Shown: in pieces, positions 1-7,618 of the stretch
Numbering within the stretch: position 1 is the stretch's first letter
Layout: every line of letters begins with the position of its first letter
Assembly: GCA_031372065.1 (NCBI GenBank)
Contig: JANMKN010000383.1
Coordinates: forward strand, 1-10,791
Direction of reading: 5' to 3'
DNA length: 10,791 nucleotides
DNA from: Abditibacteriaceae bacterium
Lineage (GTDB): Bacteria > Armatimonadota > Abditibacteriia > Abditibacteriales > Abditibacteriaceae
The notes under the pieces: model-generated
The model's input: the letters and a program-made list of their open reading frames with translations, nothing else
What the model was told of the DNA's origin: nothing
Database searches by the model: none
Position numbers and translations under genes: made by a program

Positions 1-2
1 TC

Positions 3-80
3 ACCACGGCCGACGGTGGGGCCACGGCTCCCACCGACTACACGGCTCTCACGTCGACAGTGCTGACGTGGTCCGCCGGT
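3..80 (+). other. Fragment of Calx-beta domain coding sequence (probably foreign or chimeric read end)
   Basis: Frame +3 translates to TTADGGATAPTDYTALTSTVLTWSAG, resembling the Calx-beta pattern T.DGTA.AG.DY....GTLTF..G. Bases 1-80 are 70% GC (56/80), visibly higher than the rest of the window. Confidence 0.65.
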
Positions 81-196
81 TCTAAGGTTTCCGGGCCGTC
101 GTCCCAGTCGGGCAAAATGTGACAATGCAAATCGGCTTCGGGCACAATGGCGCCCGAAACGTTATCTGTATTTGGAGTCTGTGCAGCAGAGTTCAT
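80..196 (-). pseudogene. N-terminal fragment of CpsB/CapC/YwqE-type PHP-family tyrosine-protein phosphatase, truncated at about position 80
   Basis: From ATG at 196: MNSAAQTPNTDNVSGAIVPEADLHCHILPDWDDGPETLE. DLHCHILP..DDG is the family N-terminal metal-binding motif. Similarity stops at ~80 and the frame ends at 38. The truncation may be an assembly artefact rather than a true pseudogene. Confidence 0.75.
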
Positions 197-229
197 TCGT
201 AAATTTGAAACGCGTCTTTGTGTGCTTCG

Positions 230-238
230 ATTATAGCA
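230..238 (-). promoter_or_regulatory. Extended -10 promoter (TGcTATAAT) for the phosphatase gene
   Basis: Perfect TGnTATAAT on the minus strand 33 nt upstream of the ATG at 196. Confidence 0.6.
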
Positions 239-271
239 AAACGCTGTCCGCTTCCTGCGGTTTCGCCTCGT

Positions 272-277
272 TATACT
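272..277 (+). promoter_or_regulatory. -10 box (TATACT) of a probable leaderless promoter
   Basis: TATACT lies 7 nt before the ATG at 285; no Shine-Dalgarno sequence is present. Confidence 0.55.
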
Positions 278-284
278 GCCCGTC

Positions 285-965
285 ATGCCGATTACCTTGA
301 ACGAAGTCGTGCCGTGGGGCCGCACGATGGACGAATATCAGCGAATGTTCGCGCTTGACGAAGCGGATTTGTCGAAGCAAATTTTAGGCTGCGGCGACGG
401 CCCCGCTTCGTTCAACGCCCAATGGACAGCGCGTGGTGGAAACATCGTTTCGTGCGACCCGCTTTATGATTTTCCCGGCGATGCCATTGAAAAGCGCGTG
501 CGTGAAACCTTCGATTACATGGTGCAAGCGGTGCGCGAAAACCACGACGATTTCGTGTGGACAGACATCAAATCGCCGGAAGACCTTGGCGAACGACGTT
601 TGGGTGCGATGCAACGCTTTTTAGCCGATTACGAAAACGGCAAAGCAGAAAACCGCTATTTAACAGCCTCACTGCCCGTATTACCTTTTGACGACCATCA
701 ATTTGACCTTGCTTTGGTTTCACACCTACTATTTTTGTATTCAGAGCAGTTGGATTACGATTTTCATCGCAATTCTGTTGCTGAACTGTGCCGAATCGCC
801 TCTGAAGTGCGCATTTTCCCGCTTTTGGGCCTCGGAAATGTGCCCACCCCACATTTGGAGCCGCTGATTCAGGATTTTCAGGCGTGTGGGTTTAGTGTCG
901 AAAAAGTGAAAGTCAATTACGAATTTCAAACAGGTGCCAATCAAATGCTGCGCGTTTGGCGCTGA
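285..965 (+). CDS. Class I SAM-dependent methyltransferase, substrate unknown
   Basis: 226 aa; motif I variant ILGCGDGPASF, post-I VSCDP, LPF...QFDLALVSHLLFLYS, and the family-typical VVPWGR..DEY..MF N-terminus. Confidence 0.88.
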   Translation: MPITLNEVVPWGRTMDEYQRMFALDEADLSKQILGCGDGPASFNAQWTARGGNIVSCDPLYDFPGDAIEKRVRETFDYMVQAVRENHDDFVWTDIKSPEDLGERRLGAMQRFLADYENGKAENRYLTASLPVLPFDDHQFDLALVSHLLFLYSEQLDYDFHRNSVAELCRIASEVRIFPLLGLGNVPTPHLEPLIQDFQACGFSVEKVKVNYEFQTGANQMLRVWR

Positions 966-970
966 AGCAT

Positions 971-2758
971 TCAACTTTGCGCTGCCTTTTCGAGTTCCAG
1001 CAGTTCTTCCCAGCGCGCGAAAGTGGTTTCTAATTCGCTTTCGATTTGCGCCAAGCGCGCCGTGGCTTGCGTGGTGGAAGCGCCGCCATCTTGATAAAAC
1101 GACGGATCAGCCATTTGCTGCGCCAGTTCGTGCTGCTCGGCTTCGAGTTCTTCGATGCGCGCTGGCAAAGTCTCCAATTCGCGCTGTTCACGGTTGGTGA
1201 GTTTGCGCGGCTTGGGCACTTGCACTTTTGCTTTGGCGGCTTTTGCTGGCGCTTTTTCTTTTTCGACAGGTGTTCGGCTTTGCCGCAAAAAATCGTCGTA
1301 GCCACCGGCATATTCGCGTATCACAAAACCGTTTTTGTCTTCTTCAAAAGCCATCGTGCTGGTGACGGTGTTATTCAAAAACACGCGGTCATGGCTGACC
1401 ATCAAGAGTGTGCCTTTGAAGTCCACGATCAAATTTTCCAGCATCTCCAGCGTTTCGATATCGAGGTCGTTCGTCGGCTCATCCAACACCAAAATATTGG
1501 CCGGTTGCGCGAAAAGTTTGGCTAAGAGCAAGCGATTGCGTTCGCCACCCGATAAAACACTGACCGGCGTGCGCGCCCGCTCTGGCTCGAACAAAAACTC
1601 TTGCAAGTAGCCGATAACGTGACGGCGCTCGCCGTTCACAACAATCGTATCGTTTTCGCCGCTGACGTTTTGTTGCACCGTTTTATCAAGATCAAGCCCG
1701 CCACGCAGTTGATCGAAATAAGCGACGTGCATTTTTGTTCCAAGCCGCACGCAGCCCGTTTGCGGCTGCAATTCGCCGAGCAGCAAGCGCAAAAGCGTGG
1801 TTTTTCCCGAACCATTTGGGCCAACGATGCCGATTTTATCGCCGCGCATGATAATCGTCGAAAAATCGCGCACGACTTCTTTGTTTTCGTAAGAAAAGCC
1901 GATGTTTTCGGCTTCGGCGACAAGCGAACCGGAGCGTTCGACTTCCTGCATTTGCAATTTCACTTGGCCGGGCCGCTCACGCCGTTCGCTGCGTTCGGCG
2001 CGCATTTGAAAGAGCGCGCGAATGCGACTTTGCGCTTTGGTGCGCCGCGCTTCGACGCCGCGCCGAATCCACGCTTCTTCTTCGCCAAGGCGCTTATCAA
2101 ATAGCGCGCGTTGCTTGGCTTCGGCTTCCAAAGCGGCTTCTTTGCGCACCAAATACGTGTCGTAATCGCATTCCCAGTTAAGGAGTTGGCCGCGATCAAT
2201 TTCCACAATGCGCGTCGCCAAACGACGCAAAAAGGCACGGTCATGCGTCACGAAAAGCAGCGTCGGGGCGTAACGCAGCAAAAACTCTTCGAGCCACGCA
2301 ATCGCTTCAATATCCAAATGGTTGGTCGGCTCATCGAGCAGCAAAATATCCGGCTGCGCGGCGAGCGTTCGGCCCAACCACGCGCGGCGTTTAAGGCCAC
2401 CCGATAGTTTGGCGAAATCCATTTCGGGGTCGAGTTTCAAACGCGAAATAATGGCGTCCAACTCGTGAGCGTCCGTGTCGTGATGCGCGCCGCTGGCGAC
2501 GATTTCGTAAACCGTGCCCGGCACTTCAGCGGGCACTTCCTGGGGCAAGCGTGCGATGCGGGTGCCGCTTTGCAAAATCAATTCGCCCTTATCGGGCGCG
2601 ATTTCATCGCTAATCACGCGCAGCATGGTGCTTTTGCCCGCGCCATTGCGCCCCAGCAAACACACGCGTTCGCCGCGTTCCACTTGTAAATTGACGCCAT
2701 TCAACAGCGGCGCTCCGCCGAAGGTTAGGACAGCATTCTGCAAACTTAAAAGGGCCAT
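971..2758 (-). CDS. uup: ABC-F family ATPase, Uup-like
   Basis: 595 aa; two ABC cassettes (GRNGAGKST/LSGG/LLLDEPTNHLD and GPNGSGKTT/LSGGE/LVLDEPTNDLD), linker EEAWIRRGVEARRTK, C-terminal coiled coil (KLTNREQRELETLPARIEELE...RWEEL), no transmembrane segments. Confidence 0.92.
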   Translation of the reverse strand: MALLSLQNAVLTFGGAPLLNGVNLQVERGERVCLLGRNGAGKSTMLRVISDEIAPDKGELILQSGTRIARLPQEVPAEVPGTVYEIVASGAHHDTDAHELDAIISRLKLDPEMDFAKLSGGLKRRAWLGRTLAAQPDILLLDEPTNHLDIEAIAWLEEFLLRYAPTLLFVTHDRAFLRRLATRIVEIDRGQLLNWECDYDTYLVRKEAALEAEAKQRALFDKRLGEEEAWIRRGVEARRTKAQSRIRALFQMRAERSERRERPGQVKLQMQEVERSGSLVAEAENIGFSYENKEVVRDFSTIIMRGDKIGIVGPNGSGKTTLLRLLLGELQPQTGCVRLGTKMHVAYFDQLRGGLDLDKTVQQNVSGENDTIVVNGERRHVIGYLQEFLFEPERARTPVSVLSGGERNRLLLAKLFAQPANILVLDEPTNDLDIETLEMLENLIVDFKGTLLMVSHDRVFLNNTVTSTMAFEEDKNGFVIREYAGGYDDFLRQSRTPVEKEKAPAKAAKAKVQVPKPRKLTNREQRELETLPARIEELEAEQHELAQQMADPSFYQDGGASTTQATARLAQIESELETTFARWEELLELEKAAQS

Positions 2759-2826
2759 TAATATTTAGTTGAAACAGATGCAAGAAGCGCGCACAACATC
2801 GAATATCGCTTATGTCTTCGCGCCGA

Positions 2827-3219
2827 TCAACCTTGTTTTGCTTGCATTGTCCATGCTTTGGAAACGCGTTTTCGCCAAATAAAAAGCGCGACACACAAAC
2901 CAATTAAAGCCACATTTACGCCATCGCCAACAGGATATTTCAGGGAATTAACGGTGATAACGGCGCCCCACGTCACATATTCGGCAAAATGCAACGCCAT
3001 CCACTTTTTAGCTTGTGGCGGCAATGGTCCAACGCCTTTATAAATTCGCAAAAACATGAAAGGCGCCAGTAACGAGCAACCGGCAAATAGCGGCACGATG
3101 AACAAGGCATATTGAGGATATGAGGAAAGCAGCAAAGAGAAGCCTACGACAAAAAGCGGCATCCCTGCCGCAACGCCGTAAAATAATAGAGCCGTTTTCC
3201 AATCTGAATCTGCCTTCAT
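2827..3219 (-). CDS. Hypothetical membrane protein (~130 aa, about 4 TM helices)
   Basis: Start reassigned to MKADSDWKT at 3219 to avoid overlap with the upstream gene; four hydrophobic stretches and a basic C-terminal tail. Confidence 0.7.
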   Translation of the reverse strand: MKADSDWKTALLFYGVAAGMPLFVVGFSLLLSSYPQYALFIVPLFAGCSLLAPFMFLRIYKGVGPLPPQAKKWMALHFAEYVTWGAVITVNSLKYPVGDGVNVALIGLCVALFIWRKRVSKAWTMQAKQG

Positions 3220-3238
3220 GATTGTTGGTATTGCCGCG

Positions 3239-3442
3239 CTACGCTGCCTTTTGCAATTCGCTGGAATGATGGGAAAAATATTCCAGCACTTCGGCTTGCA
3301 TTTTCTCAAGTTCGCGCCGATAGCCGCTGGACACGGCGGCGAATTCTTCTGGGCGCGCTGTCACACGCAGTTGAAGAAGAATCTTTTCAAAGCGCGCAAT
3401 ACGTTCTTGCGTCGCTTCAAGTTGGTTATCGTTTTGGATCAT
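3239..3442 (-). CDS. Small alpha-helical protein, putative antitoxin or partner of the upstream nucleotidyltransferase
   Basis: 67 aa, MIQNDNQLEATQERIARFEKIL...; amphipathic helical pattern; ATGA overlap (3439-3442) with the upstream stop codon. Confidence 0.75.
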   Translation of the reverse strand: MIQNDNQLEATQERIARFEKILLQLRVTARPEEFAAVSSGYRRELEKMQAEVLEYFSHHSSELQKAA

Positions 3443-3879
3443 TGGATTACCTCAATAATACCGCGCTGTGTTTGCTCACGGGTCTTTTGCCAACCTGCCA
3501 CAAACTCTTCGACAGTTTCTAAAAACAACATAGTCGGGCGCGCCCAGAAAATACTGGCTCCCATTTCGCTGTCGGCTCTGTCATGGTCAAACAAAGCTAA
3601 TGTTACGTTATCGCACGCCTCCATGCGAAAGTCATCCAACATAATCAAGATGACATCCACATCGTTAGGCGCTGCTTTTTCGGTGACATAACTGCCGAAA
3701 ACGATGAAGCGCTCCAGTGTTCCTGTGGCAAGCGCCAAATTGTAAATTCTCAGCAAACGTTTGGTGACTTCCTCGCGTTGCACGGAGCCAGAGCCGAAGC
3801 GGGCCACGACCTCGTCTATCGTGGCCCGCCAAATGCCTTCGGGCAAATTGCCGTCTTCTCGAAAGATTGGTAACGGCAT
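3439..3879 (-). CDS. DUF6932-like protein, Pol-beta-superfamily minimal nucleotidyltransferase fold
   Basis: 146 aa; P.F...GNLPEG N-terminus, hhFGSYVT.K..PNDVDV (GS...DxD) motif and C-terminal RGIIEV, as recalled for DUF6932. Confidence 0.8.
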   Translation of the reverse strand: MPLPIFREDGNLPEGIWRATIDEVVARFGSGSVQREEVTKRLLRIYNLALATGTLERFIVFGSYVTEKAAPNDVDVILIMLDDFRMEACDNVTLALFDHDRADSEMGASIFWARPTMLFLETVEEFVAGWQKTREQTQRGIIEVIQ

Positions 3880-3882
3880 AAT

Positions 3883-5634
3883 TTACCCATCGCCATCAGT
3901 GACAGCGCCGAGTGAAGCGGAGCTTACCACTTTGGCATATTTTGCCAGAACGCCGCGTGTGTAGCGTGGTTTGGGTTGCTTCCATTTGGCGAGGCGCGCT
4001 TTGATTTCGTCATCGGAAATGCCCAAATTCAGCGTGTGATTAATGGCGTCAATGGTGATTTTATCGCCGTTTTTGATGATGGCAATCGGGCCACCCTCGT
4101 GCGCTTCGGGCGTGATGTGCCCGACCACGAAACCGTGACTGCCGCCGCTAAAACGGCCATCGGTAATGAGCGCCACTTCCTTGCCCAAACCTTTGCCCAT
4201 CACGGCGGAAGTGGGAGAGAGCATTTCGCGCATTCCGGGGCCACCGCGCGGGCCTTCGTGACGAATCACAATCACATCGCCGGGCTTGACTTTGCCGCTG
4301 AGAATCGCTGCGAGCGCGGTTTCTTCGCTTTCAAAAACGCGCGCTTTGCCTTCAAAACTCAGGCCTTCTTTGCCGGAAATTTTCGCCACGGCGCCCGTCG
4401 GTGCAAGGTTGCCGTAAAGAATCACAAGGTGGCTTTCGGCCTTAATCGGTTTGTCAATCGGCTGCACCAAAGTTTGACCTTTGGGATACGGTTTCACGCC
4501 GCGCAGGTTTTGCGCGATGGTTTTTCCCGTGACAGTCATGCAATCGCCGTGCAAAAGTCCGGCGTCAAGCAGAGTTTTCATCAGTGGCGTCAGGCCGCCG
4601 ATTTTTACCAAGTCGCTCATCATGTATTTGCCGCTGGGTTTCAAGTCAGCCAAAACCGGCACACGGGCGCCAATTTTAGTGAAGTCGTCAATGTTCAGCT
4701 TCACATTGGCCGAATGCGCAATCGCCAGCAAGTGCAACACGGCGTTGGTGGAGCCACCGAGCGCGATAACAACCGTAATCGCGTTTTCAAACGCCTTACG
4801 CGTCATAATATCGCGCGGGCGGATGCCTTGTTTGATGAGGTTCATCACGGCTTTGCCCGCGTTGCGCGAATCGAGATTTTTGTCGTCGGAAATGGCCGCT
4901 TGCGCCGAGGAATTCGGCAAACTCATGCCCATCGCTTCGATGGCGCTCGCCATCGTGTTGGCGGTATACATTCCGCCGCACGAACCAGCGCCGGGAATGG
5001 CGCATTCTTCGAGAGACTTTAATTCGGCATCGCTGATTTTGCCCGCCGCGTGCTGTCCGATGGCTTCGTAAACCGAAACTATGTCCACGTCTTTATCGTT
5101 CAGGTTGCCGGGCATAATGGTGCCGCCGTAAACGAAAATCGCCGGGCGATTAAGGCGCGCAATCGCCATCATGCAGCCGGGCATATTTTTGTCGCAGCCG
5201 CCGATGGCAACAAGGCCATCGAAGCCCTCGCAGCCCATCACGGTTTCAATCGAATCGGCGATGACTTCGCGCGAAACGAGCGAGTATTTCATGCCTTCGG
5301 TGCCCATCGAAATGCCGTCGGAAATGCCCGGCACGCCAAAAATGACGCCTTTGCCCTTGTTGCCGTCCACGCCGGTGCAAGCGGCCCACGCCAATTTATC
5401 AAGGTGCATATTGCACGGCGTCACCATGTTCCACCCCGAAGCGATGCCAACGTGCGACTTTTTAAAATCTTCCGGCGTGAAACCAACGGCGTAAAGCATG
5501 GAGCGCGAACCGGCGCGGTCGGGGCCGTCCAACATTTTTGATGAGTGCTGACGATGCGCCGTCGGTGTTTCTTGGAGCGCGTCGTTTTTGGTGTCTTTCA
5601 AACTCTGCGCGGCGCGCTTTTTTAGTTCTTTCAT
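3883..5634 (-). CDS. ilvD: Dihydroxy-acid dehydratase
   Basis: 583 aa; [74 protein letters not shown] ribosome-binding site 5 nt before the start. Confidence 0.97.
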   Translation of the reverse strand: MKELKKRAAQSLKDTKNDALQETPTAHRQHSSKMLDGPDRAGSRSMLYAVGFTPEDFKKSHVGIASGWNMVTPCNMHLDKLAWAACTGVDGNKGKGVIFGVPGISDGISMGTEGMKYSLVSREVIADSIETVMGCEGFDGLVAIGGCDKNMPGCMMAIARLNRPAIFVYGGTIMPGNLNDKDVDIVSVYEAIGQHAAGKISDAELKSLEECAIPGAGSCGGMYTANTMASAIEAMGMSLPNSSAQAAISDDKNLDSRNAGKAVMNLIKQGIRPRDIMTRKAFENAITVVIALGGSTNAVLHLLAIAHSANVKLNIDDFTKIGARVPVLADLKPSGKYMMSDLVKIGGLTPLMKTLLDAGLLHGDCMTVTGKTIAQNLRGVKPYPKGQTLVQPIDKPIKAESHLVILYGNLAPTGAVAKISGKEGLSFEGKARVFESEETALAAILSGKVKPGDVIVIRHEGPRGGPGMREMLSPTSAVMGKGLGKEVALITDGRFSGGSHGFVVGHITPEAHEGGPIAIIKNGDKITIDAINHTLNLGISDDEIKARLAKWKQPKPRYTRGVLAKYAKVVSSASLGAVTDGDG

Positions 5635-5663
5635 GGAAACCTCGTTTTTTGGAGTCGAAGGAA

Positions 5664-5669
5664 ATTATA
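5664..5669 (-). promoter_or_regulatory. -10 box (TATAAT) upstream of ilvD
   Basis: Consensus TATAAT on the minus strand 29 nt upstream of the ilvD start; no clear -35 box. Confidence 0.5.
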
Positions 5670-5701
5670 GCGAAGACGAGGCGGGATTCTATTTAGAAAA
5701 C

Positions 5702-5848
5702 GCAAATTTACGGCAATTTTCGCGCAAAACTGAAAGTTGCAGAGGTAAAATTTATTTTTGCGTTCGCAAAATTGAAAATACGGTCACAGAATCGGAAAAT
5801 ACATTCGTAAAATCGTTCGGCGCGAGAGCAAAATTCGCCAAAAGCAAC
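5702..5848. repeat. Degenerate 21-bp-period A-tract tandem array (about 7 units)
   Basis: Units include CGCAAAACTGAAAGTTGCAGA (5723), CGCAAAATTGAAAATACGGTC (5765) and ACAGAATCGGAAAATACATTC (5786); GAAAATAC recurs at 5774 and 5795. Confidence 0.5.
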
Positions 5849-5853
5849 GTTAT

Positions 5854-5892
5854 ATTTATGGAGCGCGGGTGAGACGCCCGCGCTCCATAAAT
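5854..5892. repeat. REP-like palindrome (perfect 16-bp inverted repeat)
   Basis: ATTTATGGAGCGCGGG-TGAGACG-CCCGCGCTCCATAAAT, located between divergent genes. Confidence 0.75.
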
Positions 5893-5944
5893 GCACTTCT
5901 TATTGAATGTTTTGCGATTTCCTGTAGGTGAACCATGCAGCGTT

Positions 5945-5953
5945 TGTTAATAT
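5945..5953 (+). promoter_or_regulatory. Extended -10 candidate (TGtTAATAT) for the glycosyltransferase
   Basis: TGnTAnnnT match 45 nt upstream of the ATG at 5999. Confidence 0.35.
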
Positions 5954-5998
5954 CCCAAACGGGCGCCGGCTTCCACAAAAAGCGCCATTCAACTTAAA

Positions 5999-7582
5999 AT
6001 GATCGAATCCTTTGATGCCTTGCAGTCTGAAACTTCCTTTCAAGACGACAAAAAACAAACCAGCCGGAAAATCTTTGTGGTGGCGCTGCTTATCGGGGTT
6101 TTGCTGCGCCTTTTAACCGCCTTTATCGGCGATATTGGGCCGGGTGGCGATGGAGTGCAGCGTTTGTGGCTGGCAACCGATTGGGCCAGAAATCCGCGAT
6201 GGCAAGGACTCAGCGGCGTGTGGCCGCCTGCGCACTGGTATTTTTTGGGGACGTTGATTCATTTGTGGAATCAGCCGATTTTTTTAGCAAAAGCTGTGAA
6301 TTTCCTCTGTGGCGTTGGCGCGATTATCGTCTTTCGCGCTGCTGTGCGCACCGTTTTCGGGGACATGATTGCCAGCGTTGCGGCGCTGATTTTAGCGATT
6401 TTCTGGACGCATATCTGGCTCACTACGGCCTATTGGGTCGAGTTGCCCTATCTTTTACTGGTCTTTTTATCTATTCACTTTGCCACGCGCGGGCTAACGA
6501 TTCCTGATGGCGAGACGAAGGCGTTACCCGGCGAAAAATCAACGGCGCGCGATGCGTTTTTGTCGGGCTTTTTTCTGGCGTTAGCGATGCTTTTGCGGCA
6601 CGAAGGCTTGATTTTATTCGCCTTATTTGGCGTTTGGTATGTTGTCAATGTGCGGCGCTTGCCGGTGGTGGCGGCTTTTGCCGTTTTGCCGCTGTGCATG
6701 GCATTTGTTCATTTAGGTGAGCCAATGCTGCGCGGTCAATCGTATTTTCAGTTCGCGGCCATCGTGAAATCCATGAAGGCCGACGAAAACATAATTCAAG
6801 GCTTCACGCTGGCCGATTGCCTGAAGCAATGGATTCTCATTCCTGCTGCCGAGCCGTCGCTTTTAGTGGTTTTGCCGGGGCTTTATGGTTTGTGGAAAGC
6901 GCGCCGTTTAATTCGCTACGACCTGTTCGGTTGGATTTTCATCAGTCATGTTTTACTGTTTTTGGTCATGACGTTCTCCTCGCAATGGCGCCCGCAACTG
7001 CGCTACATCATGCTGTATTTTGTGAATATGCTGCCCTATTGCGCCTTGGTTTGGGTTCAATGGATGCGCACTTCGTGGCGTCCGGTTTTAACGGGCTTGG
7101 TGACTATTACGGTTTTATTACAAGCATTTGGTTGGTGGGTCGGGCGCAACGAAAAACGCCCACTGGGTTGGTTGCCCATTCAAGTGCGCTCAGAATCGCA
7201 AATAGTGTTGGACAATTGGATTCCCAAAGTTCAACCTTTGGCGACGCGGCGCTGCAAAATTGTTTCTTTAGCGCCGGGAAACTTGGATGATCCGTGGAGT
7301 TTGGTGCATAGCACGCTGGTAAATAATGTTGATCAGCGTCGCATAAAAACCTTGGAACTCTATATGCCGGAAGAAGCCGAAATGCTCAAAGGCAATCTGT
7401 CCAGCCGCTTGACCGAAGGCGACGTTGTTCTCATTGACCCGGACGCGATTTTTTACAAAACCATCGTCAGCAGCCTGCATCAACTGCAACCGGCGCGGCA
7501 AAAAATGAAACTCAACAAACATATCATCGCCTATGTGCAGCCGGAATTCATGCGCGCCGAAGGTTGGCAAAGCACGCCTTAA
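5999..7582 (+). CDS. GT-C fold membrane glycosyltransferase (ArnT/PMT_2-like)
   Basis: 527 aa; many TM segments, LLRL followed by an Asp-containing first loop (GGDG), WPP, ELPY, FLALAMLLRHEG and RY motifs, and a soluble C-terminal domain. Confidence 0.8.
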   Translation: MIESFDALQSETSFQDDKKQTSRKIFVVALLIGVLLRLLTAFIGDIGPGGDGVQRLWLATDWARNPRWQGLSGVWPPAHWYFLGTLIHLWNQPIFLAKAVNFLCGVGAIIVFRAAVRTVFGDMIASVAALILAIFWTHIWLTTAYWVELPYLLLVFLSIHFATRGLTIPDGETKALPGEKSTARDAFLSGFFLALAMLLRHEGLILFALFGVWYVVNVRRLPVVAAFAVLPLCMAFVHLGEPMLRGQSYFQFAAIVKSMKADENIIQGFTLADCLKQWILIPAAEPSLLVVLPGLYGLWKARRLIRYDLFGWIFISHVLLFLVMTFSSQWRPQLRYIMLYFVNMLPYCALVWVQWMRTSWRPVLTGLVTITVLLQAFGWWVGRNEKRPLGWLPIQVRSESQIVLDNWIPKVQPLATRRCKIVSLAPGNLDDPWSLVHSTLVNNVDQRRIKTLELYMPEEAEMLKGNLSSRLTEGDVVLIDPDAIFYKTIVSSLHQLQPARQKMKLNKHIIAYVQPEFMRAEGWQSTP

Positions 7583-7583
7583 A

Positions 7584-7612
7584 TTGATATTTGGCGAGAT
7601 TCTCTGTAAATT
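7584..7612 (+). promoter_or_regulatory. Sigma70-type leaderless promoter
   Basis: TTGATA (7584-7589), 17-nt spacer, TAAATT (7607-7612), then 6 nt to the ATG at 7619; no Shine-Dalgarno. Confidence 0.55.
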
Positions 7613-7618
7613 AGCAGC

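Noticed and set aside
197..325. N-terminal 43 aa of ORF 38..325
   Set aside because: Overlaps the methyltransferase start and both promoters; the plausible start is the ATG at 196.
1030..2768. Multiple alternative-frame and antisense ORFs over uup
   Set aside because: Overlap a confident gene and have no protein-like features.
3220..3309. Extended start of the 2827..3309 ORF
   Set aside because: Overlaps the 67-aa gene in another frame; the ATG at 3219 fits operon spacing better.
3239..3879. Classical MNT-HEPN or CBASS assignment
   Set aside because: The partner is too short for HEPN, and the nucleotidyltransferase is far smaller than CD-NTases and lacks their C-terminal lobe.
3976..5541. 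Long antisense ORFs over ilvD (348, 196, 163 and 107 aa)
   Set aside because: Shadow frames of a conserved, codon-biased gene; no recognisable motifs.
5702..5892. Possible CRISPR array, riboswitch or ilv attenuator
   Set aside because: No identical repeats with spacers, no cas genes, no Ile/Leu/Val-rich leader peptide, and the hairpin lies upstream of the ilvD -10 box.
5588..5896. ORFs 5588..5872 (+) and 5708..5896 (-)
   Set aside because: They cross the ilvD start/promoter or the palindrome, lack an RBS, and are probably by-products of the 21-bp array; not fully excluded.
6166..7570. Alternative-frame ORFs within the glycosyltransferase gene
   Set aside because: Fully nested in a confident CDS with no independent evidence.
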